DNA of 64,000 nt from Botryllus schlosseri (lineage: Eukaryota), in NCBI GenBank assembly GCA_051294905.1, contig CM119382.1, forward strand, positions 992,001 through 1,056,000. The letters run 5' to 3'. Below the pieces are notes generated by a model that saw only the letters and a list, made by a program, of their open reading frames with translations, had not been told where the DNA came from and did not search any database. The position numbers and the translations under genes are program-made. Positions 54,001 through 64,000 of the stretch are shown here, in pieces (position 1 is the stretch's first letter; the number at the start of each line of letters is the position of its first letter).

Positions 54001-55308
54001 TTCCTACGACAAGAATTATCGAGTCGTCCAAGTCTGTCCATATACTGTCGAAGTCAGACTGTCAATCAGTGTCAATCTATACCGTGGTAGGCAAATAATC
54101 TGTTTGTCGATCCCCGCTTAAGTGCACTGCTTCCTCTGCGAGAGACACTCTTATCTCCCTAATCCAACGCTGGGAATCAATCCCCTACTTGGGTGGGTTA
54201 GGGCAGTGGCTCACGACTCTTGTCGGCTCGAGGGGCAGTAAAATTTGAAAATTTTGCAAGCCGTCGTACCTTTAATAATCTAAATCTGCCTGGATTGGAA
54301 CGACGACAGATGTACGCATCTCAACACAAATATTTTGTCAGAATTATTCAGAAATTTTGAGTCGATTTCGAGTATCACTTATTATCGGGGTTGTAACCAA
54401 TTCACAAAGTTCCGAATCCCAAGTCAATCTCACTTTTATAGTTTTGACTCGAGTCAAGTCAATTCAATTCACCCTCGAGTCAAGTCCCAGTACAAGTCAG
54501 TGAGTAGAGGGTCGAGTCCGAGTCATAGTGTTGTAACGTGAGACCGAGTCCAAGTCATAGTTTTCACTGTTTAGTTTTGAGTTCAATCCGGTCCAACCCA
54601 CTTTTTACAACTCTCCTCGAGTGATATAGAATGGCTCGCATTCATAATATCGTAATTTTCCACAATCCTACCAGTTTCTGGCCCTATTTTCCAAGTATCA
54701 GGGTTGTTAGACTGGGGCCTACGATAACTTATTAAGTTATCGTAGGCCCCGGTTAATACCAATAATGTGGTGAGTTTGCTGTTCTTCGAGGTTACAATTA
54801 AATGTGTGCCCTGGCTGTCCAAGTCTCGAGTCACATGATTCAGTTCGAGCCATGTAAAAATGACTCGAGTAGAAGTCGAGTCAATACACAAATTGACTCG
54901 AGTCGAGTCTTTTTACGCATTTGCAAAAATGACTCGAGTCAAGTCGAGTCACCAAAACATCGTGATTCACCGATTCGATCACTCGAATCCTTGTGTCCGG
55001 CCGTATACATACAAGCTGATATAAAAGTATCTCACCTAGAGATAACTTCGAAGGTCCTACCCCAGAGAACAGTTCAACATGTCCTTTCGCGCATTCGTCC
55101 TCGCCGGCGCCCATGTTAAACACGCCAAAGTTTAATAAGATGGTAAACCCAACGGGGACGATGATTTCCCATTGACACGTGATATGGCGATCGCTGTCGT
55201 CTGTGATCCCAGCGGGGGCCGCGTCCGGGCGTGTTAATGGAGAATGGGGGTAATTGGGGGAGGTGAATGTCCCGGTACTGCCTCGTAACGTACCGCCGCA
55301 TGATGAAA
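26863..55308 (-). CDS. DCBLD: Discoidin, CUB and LCCL domain-containing receptor (DCBLD1/2-like), 18 coding exons, 5' end missing
   Basis: Exons join in phase with AG/GT ends to 2492 nt (2 nt + 830 codons including stop). Domain order is CUB (CGGTLRGSTGTFTSPNYP...CQWEI...YCGS...GFLVSY), LCCL (CPGGC...YRDDSHLCKAAVHAGVI...GG...NGVTS), FA58C (ITASSYW...WLEIDLG...IAARFIRIYP...LFGC), TM, Tyr-rich tail. This order defines the DCBLD family. Confidence 0.9.
28179..28823 (-). CDS. DCBLD-like exon: large cytoplasmic exon
   Basis: tcctcag / gtgagt, 645 nt, phase 1-1, GC-rich open frame (ORF 28057..28731 extended upstream); EEDDHEYHTI...RRPPSYKVPRPVMDEVPALPIK...DSAI. Confidence 0.88.
29385..29486 (-). 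CDS. DCBLD-like exon: cytoplasmic
   Basis: ctttcag / gtgaag, 102 nt, phase 1-1; ALPPGVTSEPVVAMQNGLLPQKGSFHSANEDSFS. Confidence 0.8.
30280..30372 (-). CDS. DCBLD-like exon: cytoplasmic
   Basis: ttttcag / gtgagt, 93 nt, phase 1-1; FQYKNKKSRKRNRPMVPDHFQNADYKDTLLP. Confidence 0.85.
30436..30494 (-). CDS. DCBLD-like exon: juxtamembrane
   Basis: tttgcag / gtgagt, 59 nt, phase 2-1; KKDQPDTPLQIIPDNNNIG. Confidence 0.85.
30858..30948 (-). CDS. DCBLD-like exon: transmembrane helix
   Basis: attttag / gtgagt, 91 nt, phase 1-2; ENSILIIAIVAALSVTSILLAALVLFLVKKR. Confidence 0.92.
32941..32977. mobile_element. 37-bp hairpin insertion
   Basis: 16-bp perfect arms cggggcctacgatact, loop actta; flanks ggacgga / ggacgta. 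Confidence 0.75.
33316..33455. other. Assembly gap of 140 N inside a DCBLD-like intron
   Basis: Run of N. Confidence 1.
33459..33483 (-). CDS. DCBLD-like micro-exon at the gap edge
   Basis: atttcag acceptor, 25 nt TESEGGIG. The donor gtg runs into the N gap; phase 0-1 fits the flanking exons. Confidence 0.6.
33547..33596 (-). CDS. DCBLD-like exon: linker
   Basis: tgttcag / gtgagt, 50 nt, phase 1-0; AGVPTSIELPKKTNPPK. Confidence 0.75.
34491..34562 (-). CDS. DCBLD-like exon: Pro/Thr linker
   Basis: tcatcag / gtgagt, 72 nt, phase 1-1; DIERPGDLTVPLTMVALSSTGPPP. Confidence 0.75.
35163..35310 (-). CDS. DCBLD-like exon: FA58C end
   Basis: tcaacag / gtaaga, 148 nt, phase 0-1; IFPGNKNIFMNMTNNFIRPRIAARFIRIYPTPVSSKKLRYSLQVALFGC. 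Confidence 0.92.
36006..36133 (-). CDS. DCBLD-like exon: FA58C
   Basis: attgcag / gtgaga, 128 nt, phase 1-0; GIMTHGSSDRFFTTKSYRIAYRLSGNATSEWTFYREEGVSHDK. Confidence 0.9.
36393..37734 (+). mobile_element. hAT (Charlie-type) non-autonomous element
   Basis: TIR cagtggttcccaac / gttgggaaccactg; cgccccc subterminal repeats; perfect TSD gtctacat. Confidence 0.9.
38225..38340 (-). CDS. DCBLD-like exon: FA58C
   Basis: tgaacag / gtaccc, 116 nt, phase 2-1; RWKPENAIFGEQIEAWSPNDPTAMQWLEIDLGESKNLT. Confidence 0.9.
38523..38812 (-). mobile_element. hAT-Blackjack-type MITE, same family as 13043
   Basis: TIR tagggttaccata / tatggtaacccta; TSD agctagaa / aactagaa. Confidence 0.87.
39301..39432 (-). CDS. 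DCBLD-like exon: LCCL end and FA58C start
   Basis: ttttcag / gtaagg, 132 nt, phase 2-2; GSFTAMKIQFERPDADCNDKITFSKSQITASSYWTEDEEDQSQ. Confidence 0.88.
39721..39854 (-). CDS. DCBLD-like exon: LCCL core
   Basis: tacacag / gtgagt, 134 nt, phase 0-2; DSHLCKAAVHAGVITDRFGGSLEVKKLPGDYFYWASEANGVTSE. Confidence 0.93.
39948..40417 (-). mobile_element. MITE family A copy
   Basis: cagggttgcaacgactcgagtc ... ggttacaacccag, flanked by attctag on both sides. Confidence 0.83.
40709..40778 (-). CDS. DCBLD-like exon: LCCL
   Basis: gttgcag / gtgagt, 70 nt, phase 2-0; VICPGGCANVSETVVRGTSTYRD. Confidence 0.9.
41548..41602 (-). CDS. DCBLD-like exon: LCCL start
   Basis: atttcag / gtgagt, 55 nt, phase 1-2; NFVSCADRGTDHVGSGSF. 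Confidence 0.85.
44283..44426 (-). CDS. DCBLD-like exon: CUB C-terminal part
   Basis: tttgcag / gtaaga, 144 nt, phase 1-1; DIYCGSDELRKAQIAASNMTVVFKRRSDFSGTGFLVSYIATSPRESVG. Confidence 0.92.
44458..44841 (-). mobile_element. MITE family A copy
   Basis: cagggttgta ... ttacaaccttg; perfect TSD atgcttgc. Confidence 0.88.
45090..45133. mobile_element. 44-bp hairpin insertion, diverged
   Basis: cgggacctacc...cgtaggcaccg; perfect 7-bp TSD ctctgat. Confidence 0.75.
45920..46360 (+). repeat. Dispersed element carrying a ~37-bp agtagttctagttctagttgc array; also ~28890-29340, 30530-30830, 38382-39080, 41660-41900, 52800-53070
   Basis: Copies share a tagtttgtacaagtctg end; internal 109-bp duplication here (45991 vs 46100). 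Confidence 0.78.
46780..47247 (-). mobile_element. Older MITE family B copy; further fragments at ~39480-39660, 52150-52380, 58100-58160 and 61240-61380
   Basis: Shares attatacgctc...aaagttaattta...gattggtcgtat with 3966-4460. Confidence 0.72.
48166..48885 (+). mobile_element. hAT-type MITE
   Basis: Ends caggggtcgggaa / ataccgacctctg with atggctc subterminal motifs; TSD aagtacat / cattacat. Confidence 0.72.
51060..51600 (+). repeat. AT-rich dispersed element with aattagaattatagctacacag arrays (ten or more copies, both orientations)
   Basis: Shared gcttggctcgtttcgcac..tacagttc..tgtagcattttcaggaaaacc block at ~16760, 18010, 19185, 43080, 51465, 53865, 55710; inverted at ~45200, 49440, 60560. 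Confidence 0.72.
54386..54990 (+). mobile_element. MITE family A copy, right end decayed
   Basis: Collinear with 6326-7433 once the nested insert is removed. Confidence 0.78.
54713..54751. mobile_element. 39-bp hairpin insertion inside MITE A
   Basis: 17-bp arms ggggcctacgataactt, loop att; flanks gttagac / gttaata; absent from other MITE A copies. Confidence 0.72.
55036..55308 (-). CDS. DCBLD-like exon: CUB N-terminal part
   Basis: ttcag acceptor, gtgaga donor, 273 nt, phase 1-1; VSSCGGTLRGSTGTFTSPNYP...CQWEIIVPVGFTILLNF...GPSKLSL. Confidence 0.92.
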
Positions 55309-58300
55309 CTGAAATGAGAGATGTTATTTTAACGAAAGTCGGTCGTGAAATATAAATTTCCGCTTTAGTAGTCATAAAAGTAATGCAAACAGTGAAACAT
55401 ATCCCAAAAACTACTGCCTCATTTTTAAGATACTCTTGTAGCTACAAAACTGCAATATACAATTCAATAAAATATTCAAATTGATATAAAGCCAAGTACT
55501 CTCGACTGACACTCGCCAGGAGGAGCGTCGGACAATTAGAACATTGTCAAATTTTCCAAATTGTATCAGAATTAAAATGACTGAATCCGAAAAAAAAAAT
55601 TTAAAATTGAATTAAATTCAGAATCAGAAAGAAATCCGACAAAGTTCAAGTTCAGTTCATGTCTAATCAGAGATCATCCTCACAATCACGAAAATAGCAA
55701 AGATCTGTACACTAAGATTTCAGCTTTCTATACAGTTTTCTTGTAGCATTTTCAAGAAAACCTGATATTAGATTATAATTAAAATCAGAGCAGAGGAACA
55801 TTGCACAAATTACATTACCGGAACTTCGCTCTAATTAGCCTAATTATACATCCAGAACTATGTAATTGTCCAAGCCTGGTAAAGGTCTGGTCAGGTAGAG
55901 AATTGAAGAGAACAAAGTTTCCTCGCTACATAAATACCTTTGGAGAGCTTCTTGAGGTTACAAAACTTCAATATACAATTGCAAAGTATGTTCATATCCA
56001 AATAAACCCGACTATTTTCGGTTGACACTCGTCAAGGGTAATCGTCAGCAACTAGTAATAAATGGGAAAGAACATTGTATATCAACAATCATATCACAAA
56101 TATGACATCATTGGCGTGAAATTTCGAATAATCGGGCGGAGAGAGCGCTTTATCTCAATGTACTAATTTCAGATGCTAAAAGAAGTCCTTCTGTTGGCGC
56201 TGACTTGGTTGGGGTATTTTGAAAAAAATCGAGCCCAATGCACCAAATGAAAGTGTAAACGGCCTCACCCTAACCTACGAGTTCCTGACGATTATCCCTG
56301 ACGAGTGCCAGCCGAAAATATTCCGGTTCATTTCAATATCAATATCAATATATTATTTAATTGGAACTATCTCTGTCGAGAAGCAAGTGTTAGAAATACT
56401 TTTCCGTATGACGTAACGGATAATCTGGACGACAGACTAAGATAGCGCGAGTGAAGCGTAACGGGAAAAGTACGTAACGTGATATCCGCGCAACTGACTG
56501 CTCCCAATCGATACTCAAAATCGAGGTTCGCACCCCCGTTACTAAGAGCTTTTCTGTTATGGTTTATCTTTGCATCGTTCGAGATCTGCGGGGTGATAGA
56601 TCGAGTTCGCTGTGAAAAATAACACATATACACGCCTCGCCCGCTTAGTCACCCGTTGTGTTTTTACAGTCCGGATCAGGCCAGTGATCCTTCGACTGAA
56701 ATCCGACAGTGTACTGACCTGGCTCACTAGATAATTCTAGTTGTTCCAATTCTAGAATAATTACAACGTAACGTAGGTAATAAAATTCTATGGGGCATTC
56801 AATTCGATTTGTTGCACTCCTGGAATAAATCTTCACAAGGAACTATGTATTTCCTTCATTGTAAACCTTTAAAAGGGTGAGAAATCACAATTTGCTACCT
56901 AAAACCGTGCCTTATGTGATTTACACTCAATCCATGGTGGAATTGACATTAGTACACCCATATAACACACACGAAAACGATATATGACACCCTATGGTGG
57001 AAATTGATGAATTGATGATCACAACTATTCTGCCCCCATTGATTTACAATGTAAGGTAGAAACGGGTATTTACGCCCTATGGTGGAAATCTGATGCATAC
57101 ACCTATTTCGCACTCACGGATTTACAATTTGCGACACGAATTGCCACGTATGCCAAGGTGAAGGCCTGGATCTAGTTTGCGAGATGAACTGAACGGTGAA
57201 CATGTCACAATCAACAAGAGTGTTTGTTGAATGTCGACCAGGCGTCTTTTCACCACGAATCGCGTTTCCCATTCAAGTTTGCTGCGCGAAGTGGTGGCGA
57301 TATTTTGAGGTTTACAAAAGTTGTCTGCGTCTGCGATGGCTCTGTTGAGTAACTGTCATCGCTGGAGTTGATAGATAACGAGTCGGAATCGTGAAATATA
57401 CCAGTTCAACGGAACGTTCGCATGTAGCCGAAATTTATGAGGCAAATACACCGCAAACGACACACGCTGTTGATTACGACGTTCGACAACTAGCCAATAT
57501 TCAGCTTTTCCCAAATTAAGCCACAAGTAGAATTACTGAATTGGCAAAAACTTGCAGATTCTGTTACATTTCTAATTGAAAAAAAAAATACAACAAATAT
57601 CAATTTCACTTCACATTTGATCATTCATTCTCGTGTCTGTACCGGTACACTGTCTGCACACTATAGGGGCGTTCAAAAATGACTTTTTGTCTCAAATTGT
57701 ACTGGCTACTTGAATAAATTGTTAGGTTACTTGAGCCTGTACACCAAATTTGGTTTAATTCCAACCAGTAGAAGTATCTATTTGTCCGAGTCTGGCCGAT
57801 TGTCGCAGTGCGCAGTTGGCCTTGATGTCGTTTGGCTACTGCGCAGCGTTCATGTCGCAATTCACAGTTTCAAAAAAATCAACGGCCGGACGTTAAACAA
57901 AGCGGCTCTGAAGCGTCGGGAAACACACTGCGACCTCGTTTCTAAATTTAGATCTAACGGAATTGAAATAGCGTCTAGTTTTGCTTGGGAAAACCAGAGT
58001 TACGCCACGCTGGTTTAATCCGCGACCCGATAATTCGCAATAGCGAACCTTGCTGATTATCGGAACACTATAACCAAATAATGACTTGTGATCATGGTGC
58101 ACAATATCAAGTGACTGAGTGATTCGAGTCCAAATCGAATAGTCGCATTCGAGTCGAGTATTCGAATGTCCATTGGTTTGTCACCTCTGGTGATACGGCT
58201 GTTGATATACAATGTTCTTTTCAATTCTCTACTAGTTGATGACGATTACCCCTGACGAATATCACCCGAAAATATTGGGGTCTATTTCTATATCAATATA

Positions 58301-59167
58301 TTATTCGATTGTGCAATAATCCGTGAAGAAATATTCGCTGTGTGTCACGGCGCCATTGACAAAATACCCCGATTGATATCAGAGTTCGTGTATCAATTTG
58401 CAGAGCGCTTGGTAAAGTAGCATTTGGGGCGTAGTTTTATTTGCCATCTCCATTGTAGTCCCGTGTAAAACACGACGGCATCAAATGGATTAGTAGATCC
58501 GCCGGACTGGTGTGGAATGTAACTGGATATTAGCAGAGATCCCGGGCACAATGGACCCTTCTATTGACTGATAACGGGCGATGACAACATCGCACAATAC
58601 AAGACGGGAGAATGTCCGCAAACAACCAGAACTAAAAAGTGACTCCGATGCAGCGGATTAGAAAAACACTCGAACGCAATTTTTGAATTAATGCGAAAAT
58701 ATAATATTTGAGTTGGTGAGCGCTCGGAAAAAATCCCATTCAAAAGCACGCACGCGATTTTAGAGGGGAGGTAAACATCGGTGGACTTTGTATAATTCCA
58801 TTCCCCCGATTATTTGATCAGGGGCGCACGGTTTGAGTTGTAAAGCTTTGAAGGAAAAATGGAGTTTGATTCATTGATTGCATATCATCTCAACCTCGCC
58901 CGATCGACGGCAGATATCGGATTTTTGAATCGATTCCGATAAAGCCGATAACTATGACTAATACATATTCAACCGATATTCAAAATAAGCGACATCCAGG
59001 TTAAAGCGCATTTCTAAAAGCATTTACTCGAACTTCCACTTCTACTTGAGTATAAAAGATGGCTACTTTGACAAAATCTGCTTGTAAGCTATGTGAAATC
59101 TATCAATATCACCTGTCAGTCGCAGATTTTACCTCTCATGGGCGATGACGATAATAAACGGTCGAAC

Positions 59168-59207
59168 CGGGGCCTACGATATGATACGATACGATACGTA
59201 GGCCCCG
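59168..59207. mobile_element. 40-bp hairpin insertion
   Basis: cggggcctacg...cgtaggccccg around a (gatac)n loop; perfect 7-bp TSD gtcgaac. Confidence 0.78.
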
Positions 59208-59237
59208 GTCGAACTATACTCAAAATATTTGTTACCT

Positions 59238-59667
59238 GAGGTTGCATTTAAAACAAATGGTTTTTTAAAACGCTTTGTTCAAAAGGCCCTTTTACAAAAA
59301 TGTGTTTTTTCAAGTTGTAAAATCATGCCATAATTGTGTAAATACTTTCCAAAAACATGTTGTATGAGCCGACGGACGACGATTACCACCCGACATAGCC
59401 GACGTATACGATATGGCATAGTTGGAACTTGGGACCCTAAAAAAATCGGTTCAACAGCTATAGTACGTATATATTTCGTCAAAGGAGCTATGTTTACTCT
59501 ATATTTTCAATTGTCAATGTCATTCCAACATGACATCACAATTATTGAATATTTGTGACGCAATGGCCTTAAAAAAATGAAAAAATAATAAAAAACATGT
59601 TTTAAAAAAGGGCTTTGTTTTAAACATGTTTGTTTTAAATTGAATTTTATGTTACCTGAATGCAACC
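59238..59667 (+). mobile_element. TIR element (ggttgcatt / aatgcaacc); partial copy at ~12290-12484
   Basis: 59480-59660 aligns to 12310-12480. Confidence 0.65.
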
Positions 59668-62600
59668 GGGGCCTACGATGCAATTTGTCGTTATTGACTT
59701 GCTCACCGGATGACATGAGAATTAATTAGATTGGAGTATTTGGTTGCATGAAGGTACTAACCGTAAACAAACGTCTTTTTATTAAATATATGAAATGATG
59801 ACTAGTATCTGTGGAGAGTGGATAGGATGGTTATGTAATTTTCATTTTGCGAATGCAGTCGCATATGGCACCATCGAATTATCGATTTCGGGTCATTGGA
59901 ACCATTTTATAAAAAACAAATTGCATATTCTCAATTCTCATCACCCGTTTCATGCGTGAATATAAATCACATTTGGGGGTTCGGCTGTATAGTTTGACAA
60001 TGATTCTATTTTCGCTTTTCGCTATTTACGCTATTGTGGTGAAGGGACGCCGCCGCGATGGGAGATTGTTACAAAAGAATGAGATTTCACAGTTGAAAAT
60101 TTCACGGATTTTGCATCACAATGGAAGCGGCCGCGGCTCGTTCCTTTTGTGAAAACGCGGGGACATAAATAACTCTTTGCATTACACTTTTAGAAAACTC
60201 GGTTTTGCGTCAATCTCGGTTTGAAGGTCCGACAAATAATATATTCATACTGAAATAAAAACGAATATTTTCGGCAGACACTCGTCAAGGGGAATCGTCA
60301 GCTATAGTACGTAGAGAATGGGATAGAATTGGAAAGAACATTATATATGGCCGGAGTCCGGAGACATTGCAGTGTACATCAATATGAATATAATATTCAA
60401 TTGTATTCTGAAGTTGTGTACCGCCGAGACATACTTGACAATTCTAGTTGACTAATTAATTAATTAGAGCGATATGCAGTTGATTTAATTATAATCTTAT
60501 CTACGAAATATTTCTAAGCTCTAATTTTCATTTTCGTGAAAATGCTACTGGAGAACTGTATAGTGCGAAACGAGCCTAGTTTGATGCATGAGCAATTGCC
60601 GTTCCTGTGCTTACGAGGATCACCTCTGACTTGATTTTGTTGTATTCATGTCCAATTATGAATCGAATTAAATTTCCAAAAAAACTACGCAGCTATAATT
60701 TCAATTCTACCCTAATTTGGAAAATGTGAGCATTTTCCAGTCGTCCAACTGTTCTTGTAAAACGTGATATCGCGTAGACCGACGGCGCCATTGACATGGA
60801 GAAATTGGAAATTGGTTTCTGTTGCTAAGGATTCTGTCAACGGGATTTCATTTAAAAGCTCCGAATCTCGGGAGTCAACACGGACAGGTCTCGTGGGCGA
60901 TTACATACATCAAGCAAAACATCGAAACGTACAATGGTGTTACATTCTTAAGGATAGAGGACGGAATATCTGAATAAACATAGCTATCCGATCAGACATC
61001 AATCCATGGTCGTATCGCGTGATTCCACGGCTGTCATGGAATGACGAATGTCTCCTGTCTCCATAACAACCAACATGAGGATTGTGACTAACTAAAGATG
61101 AAATCCCATTAAGCAGAGATAATATGCACAAGAATCAAGTAAACTTGAAGCCGATAACTAGGAGTAGGTCCAGTTTTATTAGTTCGTGTATAATCTAAAT
61201 ATAGTACGCTGAGTTCAGGCCATCCCTCCATTATTCGACTTGGTCGTATCACTACATACGATACATGCTGTCCAAAGTTCGCACATTAGTAATAATGACA
61301 CATCTGTGAAGTCGTAGTCAACCTTAGCATTGATGCAAAGTGCAATGAAATAGATATGACTGAACAAACACTAAATATTCTTTAATGTAGGGTCACCATT
61401 TGTCCTCGTTAAAGAGGATCTGTCATCCTTTTTCGTGAAATTGAAAATGTCCCCGAGGACGCCTGAATGTCCTTCTTTTTGGCAATTCGCGCTCCTTCAT
61501 AGCTTTCAGAGCCAGGATAATGTACATGTTCTTGTGAAAATCGGCATAAATAGCCCTATTTTAATGTGGCCAGCATTGTATCATTGAGGTAGCATAAAAG
61601 ATACATATTTGAACCTTCCGTTTGCGTGAAACTCTTAATTCAGAATCTGGTCACTCAGATACTGGATTTCACCTACTCATAAATCGATAGCGCTCATCCC
61701 AGCAGATCAACGCAAGATACTGCTCCAGTCACGAATGCAAATTCCGCATTGCGTCATAACCTCGCTTGACACGATCGCTTTTAATGAGTGTCATCCGAAA
61801 AGCTTTACCAATCACGGCGAGTCAATAGTGTGGCCCCAGGAGGGTTACAAAAGACGGGCGTTCGATATCGCAGCGCAACTGGCTTGATCGCGACATTTAT
61901 TGGAAAGCGAAATCTTGTCGAAATGCCCACGACACGATACAGTGGATAGACCATGAAATCAGCCGATGCTTTTAGTTTAGATACGGCATGAAATTGCGGT
62001 CTATTTTCGTCGATAGTAATTAAGATGCCATGATTAGGGTTACAGAACCTCAATATACAATTGAATAATATATTCATATTGAAATGAGCCCGAATATTTT
62101 TCGGCTGACACTCGTCGGGGGTAATCGTCAGCAACTATAGCAGAGAATTGGAAATAACAATGTATATCAACAATCGTATCACCCAAATATTTTCAGCATG
62201 AATCTATCGTTGCGAAAACTAATTTATATTTCTATTGAATCACGGGTGGTAATAAAAACGTCTATTCTCACAGAGTATTGCTTGTCTGGCTAAATGGCAT
62301 TTAACGATTCTCTGAAGTTATTCCGGATTAAGACGAGAAAATCACTACCTGCCAAGAGAGTCGAGCGATTATTAACTTTTTAATTGCCGGCTTCGTAATC
62401 ACCCCGAAAAATGATCTGGCGTTCCGGGTTGGAAAGCATCAATTAACTAGTTTTCGGCGATGTGTTATTCGATACAAATTTGCCTTTGTGTTGCTGTAGT
62501 CTGGTCATAAATAGAGTGCGACCAATTATTGTTATCTATCAAGTCGATATCACACTTATAGAAAGAGATTTCCAAATAAGTAAAAAAGGCATGTATTCTA

Positions 62601-63789
62601 TAGGCATAAGTTTGCACGGAAAATTGGAAAACCGTGTCACAGAAGTAGAATTACATCGTAAATTGCTACTCAAGTAAAACTAACGATTTTCAAGTGAGTT
62701 TTCTAGGCAGGGTTTTGATTATAAACTCGAAATCGTGTGGTAGAAGTAGAATAGGGCTGTTCAATATTAACTTTCTCATTTAAATTATGCTGGGTACTTG
62801 ATAAAATTAGTAGGTTACTTGAAAAAAACGCTGCCCCCCAAATTTGGCTCAATTCCATCCTACAGAAGCATTGCTGTACAAGAAAAACGTTTTGGATTTA
62901 TTTATCAAAAATAAACATACTGGCTACCCCATGAAATTGTTAGGTTGTCTGAAGAAACGCTGCACCACAAACTTGGCTCACTCCCAACCAGTAGAAGCGA
63001 AGTTATTGAGGTACAGAATTTTGGATTTGAAAATGATTGTATCTATAGTGGCAGTTTCTTCAATTATTCAATTTGGATCTAACCACCGTAAATACTATGA
63101 TTGGAAATCCTAAATTGTGAACATCAATAACTTCGCTTCTCCTGAATGGAATGTAGCCAGTAAAATTTGAAATTTTTGAAATTTTGAACATGGCCATAAT
63201 GTAGAAGTACATAGTTAATTTATACTCAAGTAGACGTAAAAGTAGCGATTTTCGAGCTGAATGTATCGTGGATATCAGTGTAGGTGCTAGTAATCGGTTT
63301 TATCGGCATCTAAAATTCTGTACCGGCCTGCCCTTACAAACATCACAATCAACCATAAACAGTCATCAGTCAAGCACCCGTAAACAGAAGCCTTTCCCGA
63401 ATATCTGCAGAAATGCCATGTTTGTTTCTCACGACCCGGAGCGCGGATAACCAGCTGTTCCCCATGACTGCCTACGAACAAAGGCTTTAGAGATTAGGAC
63501 TCTGACGCAGCAGAGATAGACTCCATTTAACGGCAAACCCCACACCACTGGGCGCTAGCTCTTATCACCCACACGATATACCCTCATAAACAATCCGTCA
63601 AATGAAGACTTTGTTAAAAGCCTTTAGTCTTTGCTAGATCATAAAGCAATAAAACTAAGCGTTTCTTGTCGATTCACTTAGTTTATAAGACCGTCTAATT
63701 GGCAAAGTAGCATTGCAATCAAGCGTTAGCTGAGGCGTCTAACTTTACATATTTTACAGAAAATATTATTAGAGGTACAGAACCTTAAT

Positions 63790-63930
63790 ATACAATTGAA
63801 TAATATATTGATATGCAATGTTCTTTCCAATTCCCTACTAGTTGCTGACGATTGCCCCTGACGAGTGTCGGCCGAACATATTCGGGATTATTTCAACATA
63901 AATAGATTATACAATTGTATATTGAAGTTA
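63790..63930 (+). repeat. Dispersed repeat with gctgacgattacccctgacgagtgtcagc stem-loop; also ~43170, 49030, 56280, 58210, inverted ~56020, 60280, 62100
   Basis: Conserved ~50-bp core with a gctgac/gtcagc stem and shared aattcaattgtatattg flank. Confidence 0.7.
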
Positions 63931-64000
63931 TGTACCTCTAAGGAACTTTTGATTATTTCTCTTCCATTTGTAGCTCATCAATGATAAAAGAAACGTTAAA

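Noticed and set aside
59700-59720. ATG TCA TCC G|gtgagc as first exon of the DCBLD-like gene
   Set aside because: Phase fits, but it gives no signal peptide for a type I receptor

Overview
Eukaryotic, AT-rich, repeat-dense genomic DNA. It is probably an ascidian tunicate; this is inferred from two 63-nt minimal introns, a 7TM type lacking DRY/NPxxY and the repeat landscape, and cannot be proven from the window. The main gene is on the minus strand: 18 phase-compatible GT-AG coding exons from 55308 to the stop at 26863. They give ~830 aa with CUB, LCCL and FA58C/discoidin domains, a linker, one TM helix and a Tyr-rich tail, i.e. a DCBLD-family receptor. Its signal-peptide exon was not found. 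The left 26 kb holds: a two-exon, 97-aa secreted precursor with two cationic 3-Cys peptides separated by KR sites (17017-18348, best novelty candidate); an intronless 7TM gene broken by one frameshift (23712-24630); several decayed GPCR remnants; and nested hAT elements and LINE fragments with readable target-site duplications (TSDs). A family of 37-44-bp hairpin insertions with 7-bp TSDs occurs at least four times. There is a 140-N gap at 33316-33455. No rRNA, tRNA or CRISPR array was recognised. All translations and alignments were done by eye.
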